Below, one piece after another: positions 40,095 to 49,862 of a stretch of 64,000 bases of DNA (position 1 is the first letter of the stretch; every line of letters begins with the position of its first letter). The notes beneath the pieces were generated by a model. That model made no database searches. It had not been told where the DNA came from and saw nothing but the letters and a program-made list of their open reading frames with translations. Both the position numbers and the translations under genes were made by a program. The stretch is taken from positions 469 to 64,468 of the forward strand of contig CAZKOJ010000004.1 of assembly GCA_964554365.1 (NCBI GenBank). The letters are read 5' to 3'. Source of the DNA: an uncultured Clostridium sp. (GTDB lineage: Bacteria; Bacillota; Clostridia; Clostridiales; Clostridiaceae).

Positions 40095-42089
40095 ATGAAA
40101 ATAAAGAAAGTATCCATAAAAATTATTTTACAAGTTTCAATTGTAATAGTATTAACTTGTAGTTTACTAAGTGCAACGTCCTATTATTTATCACAGAAAT
40201 CTATGAATAAATCAATAGAAATTTCAATGTCTAATAGAGTTGATGATTTGAGTCATATAATATCCAACTATATGATTAATAACATAAAAATTGTGGAGAA
40301 TATTTCTATGTTGCCAGAAGTCCAATCAATGGATTGGACTGTTCAAAAGCAAGTTCTTATTGGAGAAGGTAAAAAATGGGGATTTAAAAGATGTGGTGTC
40401 ATCTATAAAAATGATACATTACATACTACTTTAAATGATACAGTTTTAGATTTATCAGATATGGAATATGCTAAGGATGCACTAAATGGAAAAAAAGGAT
40501 TTTCTAATCCTATAAAAAGTAAAATAGACAATTCAGAAATCATAGACGTTTATGCGCCTATTAAAGACAAGGATGGAAAAATTATTGGGGCTTTAGTTGC
40601 TACTTTAGATACTGGTACAATAAATTCTTTTATAAAAGATATAAATCTGCCCAGTACAGGATATGCTGCTGTAATAAATAAAGAAGGGACTACAGTTGTT
40701 CATAAGGATTTAGAATTAGTTTATAAAAGGCAAAATGTAATTAAAGATTCAGAAAAAAATACAAGTTTAAAACAATTAGCAGATACTCATAAAAAAATGA
40801 TATCTGGAAAAACAGGAGTGGGGTCCTACAAGTACAATGACATAGAAAAATACATAGCATATATACCTATAAAAGGTACAGAGTGGTTTGTAGCAATAGC
40901 AGTGAATAAGTCTGAATTATTTAAAGATTTGAATTATCTGAAATTAAGTCAGGCTATGTTGTCAATAATTCTAATTGCATTAGGTATATTCACTAGTTTT
41001 ATTATATCAAAAGGTATTAGTAAACCTTTAAATAAAATCAAAGTTTTAGCAGAAAGACTAGCAAAATACGATTTTTCAACTCCAATTTCAGTGACTACAT
41101 CAGATGAATTTGGACAAACTGTCTTAGCACTTAATACTGCTGAAGCCAATGTAAAAGAACTAGTAAAAACCATAATGATTGATTCAGAAGAAATAAGTTG
41201 TTCTGGTGAAGAGCTTTCTGCAACTGTTGAGGAAATGACAGCTAAGCTGGAAACTATGAGCTGCCATACAAAGGCAATAACTAATGAGGTTACAGAATGT
41301 ACTACTGCATCAGAACAGGTTTCAGCATCTGTTCAAAAGGTAGATTATAATATTAACACACTGTCACAAAAGGCAGCAGATGGAAGTAATAATGCTTTGA
41401 AAATTAAAGAAAGATCAAATGAAATTCAGAGTAACTATAAGTATGTAATTGAAGAAAATAAAAAAGTATATTTAGAAAAAAAGGAAAATATAGTAAATTC
41501 AATTAAAGATGGTAGAGTTGTAGAAAATATTAAAGTAATGGCAGGTACAATTTCAGATATAGCAAAGAAGACAAATCTTCTTGCTTTAAATGCAGCAATA
41601 GAGGCTGCTAGAGCAGGTGAAAAAGGCAGAGGTTTTGCAGTTGTTGCAGAAGAAGTAAGAAAACTTGCAGAACAGTCTTCAAGGGCTGTTGCAGAAGTTG
41701 AGGAAACTATTGATAAGGTAAAGGAAGCCTTCCAAAACCTATCAGGCAGCAGCAATGAGTTATTAAGATTTATGCAGGAAGATATAAATGTACAATTTAA
41801 ATCTTTTGCTAAAGTAGGAGAAGAATATTCCAATAATGCTGATTTCGTAAGTAATATGTCAGAAGAATTAGCAACAATGACAGGGAACTTAACATTAACA
41901 ATTAGCCAGGTAAATGAGGCAGTGCAAAATATGGCACAAATGTCTCAAAAATCATCAAAGAATTCGGATGAAATTGGAGAAAGTGTTAGTGAATCAGTTC
42001 ATGCCATGGATCAGATTGCTAAAACAGCACAAGAACAATCACAGCTAGCTCAAAATCTTAATGAGTTAATACAGAAATTTAAAATATAG
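40095..42089 (+). CDS. Methyl-accepting chemotaxis protein (TM-dCache-TM-HAMP-MA)
   Basis: Two TM segments flanking a Cache-type domain; DEFGQ HAMP; [36 protein letters not shown]. Confidence 0.95.
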   Translation: MKIKKVSIKIILQVSIVIVLTCSLLSATSYYLSQKSMNKSIEISMSNRVDDLSHIISNYMINNIKIVENISMLPEVQSMDWTVQKQVLIGEGKKWGFKRCGVIYKNDTLHTTLNDTVLDLSDMEYAKDALNGKKGFSNPIKSKIDNSEIIDVYAPIKDKDGKIIGALVATLDTGTINSFIKDINLPSTGYAAVINKEGTTVVHKDLELVYKRQNVIKDSEKNTSLKQLADTHKKMISGKTGVGSYKYNDIEKYIAYIPIKGTEWFVAIAVNKSELFKDLNYLKLSQAMLSIILIALGIFTSFIISKGISKPLNKIKVLAERLAKYDFSTPISVTTSDEFGQTVLALNTAEANVKELVKTIMIDSEEISCSGEELSATVEEMTAKLETMSCHTKAITNEVTECTTASEQVSASVQKVDYNINTLSQKAADGSNNALKIKERSNEIQSNYKYVIEENKKVYLEKKENIVNSIKDGRVVENIKVMAGTISDIAKKTNLLALNAAIEAARAGEKGRGFAVVAEEVRKLAEQSSRAVAEVEETIDKVKEAFQNLSGSSNELLRFMQEDINVQFKSFAKVGEEYSNNADFVSNMSEELATMTGNLTLTISQVNEAVQNMAQMSQKSSKNSDEIGESVSESVHAMDQIAKTAQEQSQLAQNLNELIQKFKI

Positions 42090-42125
42090 GAATGATTAAA
42101 TTAAAAAATGAAAGGGGAATAAAAA

Positions 42126-44732
42126 GTGATTGACTTTCAAAATCTTAGAACTATTAAATGGCCACCTACTGAAGAAGAACAAAAGCAAGAGGGGTATGTT
42201 CCTAGAGAAATAATTAAAGAACCAACTACTGAAAGAGGTAGAAAAATTAGAAAACGTCTTTTGGATGCAAGATGCATGTTAGACCCTGAATTCAGTATTT
42301 TTTACACAGAAGAATGGAAAAGAGCAGAAGGTGAACCTTTATTAATTCGTCGTGCTCGTGCTTATAAGTATGCTATTGAAAACATTACGCCATCAATTCA
42401 ACCCTATGAACTTATAACTATGCAAAAAACTAGATATATGAGAGGAGCACCAGTATATTTGCAATACAGTCAAAAATTTTACTCTCATATGATTAAAAAT
42501 GCAGAGGGTAAAAGTGATGAAGTTTATGACATCGGAATGGGTGGTGGTCGTGAACATAAAAAAAATGATGAAACAATACAAATGGGTATCTTTGCAATGA
42601 AGAAAAAAGATACAGAACCATTAATGGAAGCATGTAAGTACTGGGAAGGAAAATGTATAGAGGATGAATCAGATAAGTTTCTAAAAGAAACTATGCCTGA
42701 GTATGAAGATTTAGAAAATGCTTTTAAAGTAGTTTTATATCCGCCAAGTGTTATATCTATACTGGAAGGTCGTTGGGTTCCAGCTTATGATATTGTGGTA
42801 GAAAGAGGTTTAGAATCTGTTATTGAAGAATGCAGAGAAAAGATAAAAAATACAATTCCAACTACCCGTGAAGTATCTGAAAAGATAATGTTCTGGAGAT
42901 CTACTATACTAGTTTGTGAGGGTGTTATTAATTGGGCTAAAAATTATGCAAATAAAGCTGGTGAAATGGCTAAAGAAGAAAAGGATGAAGAAAGAAAATC
43001 TGAACTGTTAAAAATGGTTGAAGCTTTAGAATGGGTACCAGCTAAACCTGCAAGAACATTTTATGAAGGCTTACAAGCTGCTTGGATTGGTCATATTTCT
43101 GTAGGGCTAGATGGATCAATTGTAGGTCTTTCACCAGGACGTTGGGGTCAGCTTCTATATCCTTTATACAAAAAAGATATAGAAGAAGGACATATTACTA
43201 GAGAAGAAGCAGTGGAATTAATGGAATTAATAAGAGTGAAATTCTCTAGTGAAGAGTATGTATCTCCGAGAAGTTGGTCAGCGCTAGCTTCAGGTAACTC
43301 ATTTCAGCATATGGTTGTAGGTGGAGTTGATAAAAACGGAAGACGTTCTGATAATGAGTTAGAAGAAATAATTCTTGAAGCTGGTACTAGTATGCAAACT
43401 ATACAACCTACTTTAGGTGTTATGGTTAATTCAAAGACTAGTAATAGGCTGCTTATGAAAGCTGCGGAATGTACCAAAACTGGAGCAGGTTATCCAGCAT
43501 GGTTTAGCAATGAAGCTTGTATTCAACATTTGCTTCAAGATCATCTAGAAGAAGGCATTAGCATCGAAGATGCCAGAGATGTAGCTATAGGTGGCTGTGT
43601 AGAGGTACAAATGCAAGGTACATGTCACGGAATATGCCATCCAGGATTTTTTAACGAGGTTAAGTGTCTTGAAATAGTATTAAATGATGGAGTTGATCCT
43701 AGAACGGGGGTTCGCTGTGTTGAACCGCTTGGTGAATTCAAAAATTATGAGGAGTTATGGAATGCATGGTGTAGAGTCGAAGAAAAATTCTTAAAGGTTT
43801 ATATGCGTTACTGGAATTATGTAATGGCAGTGCATAGAGAAGTAAATCCGCTTGTAATAGGATCTGTTTTAGTTAAGGATTGTGTTGAAAAAGGTAAACC
43901 ACTTGATTCTAATGGAGCACGTTACAATAAATCAGTAACTTTACTAAATTCAGGTATGGTTAATGTTACTAATAGTTTTGCAGTAATTAAGAAATTAGTG
44001 TTTGAGGATAAAAAGTATACATTTAATGAAATAAAGGAAGCAATGAAAGAAAATTATGGCTTTGAGAGGGCAGAGAAAGTTGGGAATTTTTCAATGCTAG
44101 AGCAAAGACGTATAAATCGTAAATATGAAAAAATGCATAGAGATATCTTGAATGTTCCTAAATATGGAAATGATGATGATTATGTAGATAATATATTTGT
44201 GAATTGTTGGAATCATTACAATGAAACTTGTTTATCAGAAACAACTTATTTAGGATTACAATGGGTTCCAGCAGGATTATCTATATCAGCTCATGGCCCA
44301 TTTGGGCGTGTGTGTGGAGCTACTCCAGATGGAAGAGTAGAAGGAGTTAGCTTAACAGATGGAGTTTTATCTGCCACTCCAGGTACAGACGTTAATGGAC
44401 CTATCGCATTGTTTCAATCAGGAGCTAAATTAGACCCAGTTAAAATGCGTAGTGTACAATTAAATATGAAGATTCATCCTAATGCTGTTAAAGGCATAGG
44501 TGGTTCACGTAAATTAGTAGATTTAGTTAAATCTTATATTGAGCAAGGTGGGTACCATATCCAATTTAATATAGTTGATTCTGCAATGCTTAAAGATGCA
44601 CAACAGCACCCAGAAAATTATCGTGATTTAATAGTTCGTGTAGCTGGTTTTAGTGCTTACTGGATTGAACTTGCAAAACCAATTCAAGATGAAATTATAG
44701 CTAGAACAGAATATACAGCAACTGGTCTTTAA
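42126..44732 (+). CDS. iad: Glycyl radical enzyme of the arylacetate decarboxylase clade, most similar to indoleacetate decarboxylase (skatole-forming)
   Basis: Gly841 in RVAGFSAYW; Cys491 in GGCVE with His at Cys+14; HPAD/IAD-clade signatures MQKTRY.RG, GRWVPAYD, KAAECTK.G.GYPAW, RYN.SVTLL.SG, GNFSML.Q (reference sequences recalled, not aligned). Confidence 0.75.
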   Translation: MIDFQNLRTIKWPPTEEEQKQEGYVPREIIKEPTTERGRKIRKRLLDARCMLDPEFSIFYTEEWKRAEGEPLLIRRARAYKYAIENITPSIQPYELITMQKTRYMRGAPVYLQYSQKFYSHMIKNAEGKSDEVYDIGMGGGREHKKNDETIQMGIFAMKKKDTEPLMEACKYWEGKCIEDESDKFLKETMPEYEDLENAFKVVLYPPSVISILEGRWVPAYDIVVERGLESVIEECREKIKNTIPTTREVSEKIMFWRSTILVCEGVINWAKNYANKAGEMAKEEKDEERKSELLKMVEALEWVPAKPARTFYEGLQAAWIGHISVGLDGSIVGLSPGRWGQLLYPLYKKDIEEGHITREEAVELMELIRVKFSSEEYVSPRSWSALASGNSFQHMVVGGVDKNGRRSDNELEEIILEAGTSMQTIQPTLGVMVNSKTSNRLLMKAAECTKTGAGYPAWFSNEACIQHLLQDHLEEGISIEDARDVAIGGCVEVQMQGTCHGICHPGFFNEVKCLEIVLNDGVDPRTGVRCVEPLGEFKNYEELWNAWCRVEEKFLKVYMRYWNYVMAVHREVNPLVIGSVLVKDCVEKGKPLDSNGARYNKSVTLLNSGMVNVTNSFAVIKKLVFEDKKYTFNEIKEAMKENYGFERAEKVGNFSMLEQRRINRKYEKMHRDILNVPKYGNDDDYVDNIFVNCWNHYNETCLSETTYLGLQWVPAGLSISAHGPFGRVCGATPDGRVEGVSLTDGVLSATPGTDVNGPIALFQSGAKLDPVKMRSVQLNMKIHPNAVKGIGGSRKLVDLVKSYIEQGGYHIQFNIVDSAMLKDAQQHPENYRDLIVRVAGFSAYWIELAKPIQDEIIARTEYTATGL

Positions 44733-44752
44733 AGGACTGTAGACAAGAGAGG

Positions 44753-45688
44753 ATGGTGAAATCCATGGCTGATCTGAAGAGGACAGGCACTATATTTGAT
44801 ATTCAGAGCCTTTCATTTCATGATGGACCTGGAATTAGAACACTTATATTTTTAAAAGGCTGTCCGCTAAAATGCTTATGGTGTGCGAATCCAGAAGGTC
44901 AAAAAAAATGTATTGAAATTAGATATCACTCAATGAAATGTACTGGTTGTTTAGAATGTGCTAAAGCGTGTCATAATGATGCTATTACTGCAGAATATAA
45001 TGAAGATAAAAAAACTACAATAAATATTAATAGGGAAAAGTGTGATAACTGTAATCAATTTGATTGTGCTGAAGCATGTTATAATGGTGCTTTAAATCTA
45101 TCGGGTAAGATTATGAGTGTGGAACAAGTTATGAAGTCAGTAAAGAGAGATGCACCATATTACAAGGGAAAAGGTGGAGTAACTCTATCAGGAGGAGACC
45201 CTACTTATCAACCAGAATTTGCAATTGAAATTCTTAAATCATGTCAAGAGGAGTATATAAACACTGCTATTGAAAGTGCTATGTTTGTAAATACAGAAAT
45301 AGTGGAAAAATTTATACCTTACACAGATCTTTTTTTGACAGATATAAAGCATGTGGATTCTAGTAAACACAAGGAGCTTACGGGAGTACCAAATGAATTA
45401 ATACTTAAAAATATAAGCATAATATCAAAGCATAAACCTATAGTGGTACGTGTTCCAATAATTCCAGGTTTTAATGATGATAAGAAAAATATTATAGCAA
45501 CTGCAAAGTTTTGTTTAGAAAACAAGATAAATAGAATTAATATTTTACCTTATCATAAATTAGGACAAGCAAAATATACTCAACTAGGATTAGAATACAA
45601 AATGCCGGATATAAATAGTCCAGAGAATAATGAAATGGAACAAATAAAACAGCTAATTGAAAGTGTTGGAGTTACTTGTGTTATATAA
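44753..45688 (+). CDS. Glycyl radical enzyme activating enzyme (radical SAM with ferredoxin-like insert)
   Basis: HDGPGIRT, GCPLKCLWCANPEG, CTGCLECAKAC / CDNCNQFDCAEAC, GGVTLSGGDP, LPYHKLG. Confidence 0.93.
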   Translation: MVKSMADLKRTGTIFDIQSLSFHDGPGIRTLIFLKGCPLKCLWCANPEGQKKCIEIRYHSMKCTGCLECAKACHNDAITAEYNEDKKTTININREKCDNCNQFDCAEACYNGALNLSGKIMSVEQVMKSVKRDAPYYKGKGGVTLSGGDPTYQPEFAIEILKSCQEEYINTAIESAMFVNTEIVEKFIPYTDLFLTDIKHVDSSKHKELTGVPNELILKNISIISKHKPIVVRVPIIPGFNDDKKNIIATAKFCLENKINRINILPYHKLGQAKYTQLGLEYKMPDINSPENNEMEQIKQLIESVGVTCVI

Positions 45689-45698
45689 TATCTTTATA

Positions 45699-45734
45699 GA
45701 AATACCTCAATTTATAAAATTGAGGTATTTTTTT
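45699..45734 (+). terminator. Terminator of the MCP-GRE-activase unit
   Basis: AAATACCTCAATTT / AAATTGAGGTATTT followed by TTTT. Confidence 0.75.
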
Positions 45735-45764
45735 ACTTAATTTAAAATAGATTCTAATTTGTTG

Positions 45765-45795
45765 TTGACATTGGTATTATACTAAGGTTTATACT
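45765..45795 (+). promoter_or_regulatory. MerR-type promoter (19-bp spacer with dyad)
   Basis: TTGACA(45765)-19 bp-TATACT(45790); dyad ACATTGGTAT-T-ATACTAAGGT (8 of 10 positions). Confidence 0.75.
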
Positions 45796-45816
45796 TTTAT
45801 TAAAGAGGTGACATCA

Positions 45817-47148
45817 ATGAGTTTGAGAAAAAAATTTATAAGATTCTTAATACCTTCTGTTGTAGCCATGTGGGTATATTCCCTTTATACAATGGTAGAT
45901 GGAATATTTGTTAGCTGGGGGGTAGGAACTGTAGCTATAGCTGCTGTCAACATTGCAATGCCATTTGTTAATTTAATTTTTGCTATATCAGTATTCTTTG
46001 CTACAGGAGCATCAACAATTGTTTCTATATATCTAGGAAAAAAGGATTTAAAAGAAGCAAATAGAGTATTTACTATGAATTTTATTGCTATGGTAGCTGT
46101 TTCTATAATAATAGTTATACTGACCCTATTAAACTTAGATAGCATAGCTGTTTTTCTAGGTGCTAATGATTTAACCATAGAGTACGTTAGACAATATTTA
46201 AAAATAATAAGTATATTTAATGGTTTTTTTATAATATCATATTGCTTAGAAGTGTTTACAAAAGCAGATGGATTTCCCTACTTAGCGGTAGTAGGTGTTG
46301 TGATTTCAGCTTTAGTAAACATAATTTTAGACTATTTCTTTGTTATAAGATTCAATTGGGGTATAGGAGGGGCAGCCTATGCAACAGGTATTTCACAGCT
46401 TATGGCTGCGCTGTTTTATATAATTCATTTTAATAGAAAGAAATCAAGATTAAAGTTTGTAAAGTGTAAATTTAAGTTTTCAGTTATTAAAGATATACTA
46501 TCAATAGGATTACCAGATAGCTTAACAGAGTTTTCAGCTGGGGTAGTTATATATCTATTCAATCAAACTATATTAAGTACTATTGGAAATAAAGGGGTTA
46601 TAACCTATAGTGTTATTTCTTATATTAATACATTAGTTTTAATGACTATGATAGGTATTACTCAAGGAATGCAGCCTTTATGCAGTTTTTATTATGGTAG
46701 GGAAGACGAGAAATCTGTGAACGCCTTATTTAATATGGGTGCAAAAACTATAGCGGCAACATCTATTCTTATATTTGCTATAGTAAATATATTTACGCCA
46801 TCTATAGTGGGTGTATTTATGGATAGAAGTGCTAATGAGGAAGTATTTACTTATTCCATTAAAGCTATAAGAATGTTCTCTATCTCCTTTATTATAGTGG
46901 GATATAATATTTTAATATCAGGATTCTTTGCAGCTATTGCAAAACCTAAATACGCAGCTATTATATCCATTGCAAGAGGATTAGTTATTATTACTTTAAC
47001 TCTATTTATAATGACGAATGCATTTGGACAGAATGGTATATGGTTAGCTACTGCAGTTTCTGAGGGATTAAGTATTATATTATCTCTATTAATATTTAAA
47101 AGTTATAATAGGGTTAACTGTGAAACTTTGAATATAGAAAGAAATTAA
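45817..47148 (+). CDS. MATE family efflux transporter (MepA/CdeA-like)
   Basis: LYTMVDGIFV, NIILDY, QGMQPLCSFYYG; about 12 TM; start placed at ATG 45817 after GAGGTG. Confidence 0.9.
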   Translation: MSLRKKFIRFLIPSVVAMWVYSLYTMVDGIFVSWGVGTVAIAAVNIAMPFVNLIFAISVFFATGASTIVSIYLGKKDLKEANRVFTMNFIAMVAVSIIIVILTLLNLDSIAVFLGANDLTIEYVRQYLKIISIFNGFFIISYCLEVFTKADGFPYLAVVGVVISALVNIILDYFFVIRFNWGIGGAAYATGISQLMAALFYIIHFNRKKSRLKFVKCKFKFSVIKDILSIGLPDSLTEFSAGVVIYLFNQTILSTIGNKGVITYSVISYINTLVLMTMIGITQGMQPLCSFYYGREDEKSVNALFNMGAKTIAATSILIFAIVNIFTPSIVGVFMDRSANEEVFTYSIKAIRMFSISFIIVGYNILISGFFAAIAKPKYAAIISIARGLVIITLTLFIMTNAFGQNGIWLATAVSEGLSIILSLLIFKSYNRVNCETLNIERN

Positions 47149-47375
47149 TGGACTAAAATCTAAAACATAGATTTAGTTAATCTTTCACAAACTAATATTC
47201 TTCTAAATATTTTAATCTAAAGTATCAACTTTGTTTATTTAATTCCGTCAGTATAATTACTGGTAGACTGTGCATAAATAATTGACAACTACTTTTTACA
47301 CAGTCTGTTAGGAATTATTAACATCTTGTTTCAATAAATTTGCTTATAGTCACTTATTGCATGATTAAAATTTGT

Positions 47376-48053
47376 TTAATAATTGAAGACTGCATTTATT
47401 TTTGCAGTGATTTTCAATTCTCCTGAAATTATTGGCGTAACTGCTGAAAAAGTTTTTAATGTTGATGTTCCTTCAAAAACATTGGTAGTTGATTCTTCCA
47501 CAACTTTACAAGGAGTTTCGTCTATGCTAACACCTAAAGTATTTCCAATTTCTTTGGCTTTTAATATAGCATCCTTTACTGCTAGCCTTAATGCTTTATT
47601 GTAATATAAAGATGGATTTTCTACAGTAAATCTTATACTATTTACTATATTAGCTCCGCTTGACACAGCGCTATCAATTATTTCTCCCACATTATTTAAT
47701 TCTCTAATATTTATATTTAAAATATTAGTAACTCTATAACCTCTAAATAATTGCTTTCCCTCCACAAAATCATATTCTGGTTCAATAGTATAATTTGAAG
47801 TACTTATATCTTTCTTTGAAATATTCATATGAAGTAAATCATTTATAACAGCTGTAGTTTTTTCAGCATTTTCTTTTTGCGAAACTTCTAAATTTTTATT
47901 TTGTGTCATAACTCCTAAATTTACAATAGCTATATCTGGCTCTGTTTTTACAATTCCAACTCCATTTATCTTCATAATACCTTTTCTTATATTTTGTTCC
48001 ATGTTAAAATAGGGTAAATTAGGATTAAAAACTGAACAATTCATTATAAACAT
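47376..48053 (-). CDS. SIMPL (DUF541) domain protein
   Basis: GVGIVKTEPDIA, DISTSNYTIEPEYD, GYRVTN, GANIVNSIRF, ALRLAVKDA. Confidence 0.85.
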   Translation of the reverse strand: MFIMNCSVFNPNLPYFNMEQNIRKGIMKINGVGIVKTEPDIAIVNLGVMTQNKNLEVSQKENAEKTTAVINDLLHMNISKKDISTSNYTIEPEYDFVEGKQLFRGYRVTNILNINIRELNNVGEIIDSAVSSGANIVNSIRFTVENPSLYYNKALRLAVKDAILKAKEIGNTLGVSIDETPCKVVEESTTNVFEGTSTLKTFSAVTPIISGELKITAKINAVFNY

Positions 48054-48169
48054 TACATCCTTTCTAAAAAAATATACCTTATTCTTATAATATGAGTAGA
48101 AAATAATAATATGAGAATGTTTTTAAAGGCTGTATTGTTGAGAATCAGTGGTTTATGGAAGATAAACAA

Positions 48170-48928
48170 GTAAATTAAGTATAAATAAAGAAAATAAAAC
48201 TTTGAAAATTACTGACAATGGTATAGGAATGACACCAGAAGAAATTAATAAATACATAAATCAAGTAGCTTTTTCTGGAGCAGAAGATTTCATTGCAAAA
48301 TATAAAGATAGAATGGATGACTCAAATCAAATTATAGGTCATTTCGGTTTAGGCTTTTATTCTGCATTTATGGTATCTGATAAAGTTGAAATTGATACTC
48401 TTTCATATATAGAAGGTTCAGAACCTGTAAAATGGATTTGCGAAGGTGGTACTGAGTATGAAATAACTTCATCCCAGCGTAATGAAAGAGGAACTACAGT
48501 TACTTTATTTGTAAGTGAAGATAGTAAAGAATTTTTAGAAGAATACAAGGTAAGAGAAATTATTAGCAAACATTGTTCGTTTTTACCAGTATTTAGATGC
48601 AATTATATTAACTTCTAAAATAGACAATCATTTTGTAAGCTTTTTAGAGCAATCAAGAAGGATGGCTGAGATGAGTTCTATGTTTGGTGGTGGTATGGAT
48701 ATGAAAAATATGTTCCCTTCAGAGGAAACATTAGTTGTAAATAAAAATAACACACTTATTAAAAAACTTATTGAACTTGATAAAATAGAAAATAAAAAAG
48801 AAGATGTTAATTTTATTTGCCATCACATTTATGATCTAGCTATGATAAGCCACAAGCAACTTGATACTGAGGCTATGTCAAGCTTCATTAGTAGGAGCAA
48901 TGAATTACTTACAAAACTTGCAGACTAA
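48170..48928 (+). pseudogene. htpG: Multiply deleted htpG (Hsp90) remnant
   Basis: ATPase-domain piece (ITDNGIGMT, IIGHFGLGFYSAFMVSD) lacking its N-terminus; frame change after FLPV; short middle piece LDAIILTSKIDNHFVSFLE fused to C-terminal QSRRM...HIYDLA...FISRSN. Confidence 0.85.
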
Positions 48929-48966
48929 GGAATTTGAAAGAAAATAACAAATAAATAATTATAAAA

Positions 48967-49000
48967 AGTAGGAGAGGTAAAGTAAGGCCTCTCCTTTACT
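48967..49000. terminator. Hairpin after the htpG remnant
   Basis: AGTAGGAGAGG / CCTCTCCTTTACT. Confidence 0.55.
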
Positions 49001-49089
49001 GATATATAGATAAACAATTAACAGTACTAAAGATATGAGTTCATAAATACTGATGATTATAAACCAACAGCTAGATTTGTCTATCTATA

Positions 49090-49557
49090 TTATTCCACAG
49101 TTAACTTTTTAATAATTTCCTCATGAGCAGGATATTCCTCTAATAGTTCTTCTCTTTTAAAAAGTTTAAAGCATTTAAATTCAAATCCTGGTGATACCAT
49201 ACATCCAACCAAAGAAAATCCATCATTATTCATTGATGACCCAAATATATATCCTTTAGGAACTAATACTTGAGGTGTTTCACCTAATTCTATATTAAGA
49301 CCTAATTGTTTTTCAATAAGCTCACCTTCTGGTGAAATCATATATATTGTAAGAGCCTTTCCAGCATGAAAATACCACATTTCATCTGATTCTAATCTAT
49401 GGAAATGAGATACTTCTCCTGTATGCAATAAAAAATATATGCTAGTCCACAATTTTTTATTATCAACTGTGTCTCCTGAAATGAAAGACTCTTTGTAATA
49501 TCCACCTTCAGGATGACTTATCATTTGTAATTTTTCTATAAAGTATTTTGAATTCAT
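49090..49557 (-). CDS. Cupin superfamily protein (DUF985 / Cupin_5)
   Basis: HPEGGYYKE, TSIYFLL, SHFHRLESDEMWYFHAG, SLVGCMVSPGFEF. Confidence 0.88.
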   Translation of the reverse strand: MNSKYFIEKLQMISHPEGGYYKESFISGDTVDNKKLWTSIYFLLHTGEVSHFHRLESDEMWYFHAGKALTIYMISPEGELIEKQLGLNIELGETPQVLVPKGYIFGSSMNNDGFSLVGCMVSPGFEFKCFKLFKREELLEEYPAHEEIIKKLTVE

Positions 49558-49735
49558 TTTGCACCCCCCAAGTTTTATATAATATACCATTTATAATTTA
49601 TAGTCAAATCAGTATAGTAAACTGTTAAATATACCCAAGGGATAACGCACAATATCATCAAGCTAAGTTAGAATGTATTTACAATTAGAAGTCAAAAGTA
49701 TAATATGAATATATTATTACAAAAATTCTATAACT

Positions 49736-49835
49736 AAAAAGTGATGTTTATGTTGAGTAGGTATATAAAAGTTAGGTGGCAGCCATAAGATTACTAATGT
49801 CACCTGGCTTTTATTTTTATAAGAACTAAATAATG
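49736..49835 (+). promoter_or_regulatory. Putative leader-peptide attenuator (uORF 49750-49788 MLSRYIKVRWQP* overlapping a terminator hairpin); copy 1 of a direct repeat
   Basis: 15-bp stem AAAAGTTAGGTGGCA / TGTCACCTGGCTTTT followed by ATTTTT, in the 5' leader of the downstream gene. Confidence 0.55.
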
Positions 49836-49862
49836 GGGATTAAGTATTAAGGGGGAAGATTA

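Noticed and set aside
42126-44732. Pyruvate formate-lyase, choline TMA-lyase, diol dehydratase or 4-hydroxyphenylacetate decarboxylase
   Set aside because: Single Cys rather than the PFL Cys-Cys pair; no GCVEP motif or microcompartment genes; no hpdC small subunit and no phenol-binding Glu.
47264-47307. IS element suggested by AGACTGTG...CACAGTCT (and the IS3-end-like hairpin at 58078-58120)
   Set aside because: No transposase or target duplication; both are adequately explained as terminators, though an IS-scar origin is not excluded.
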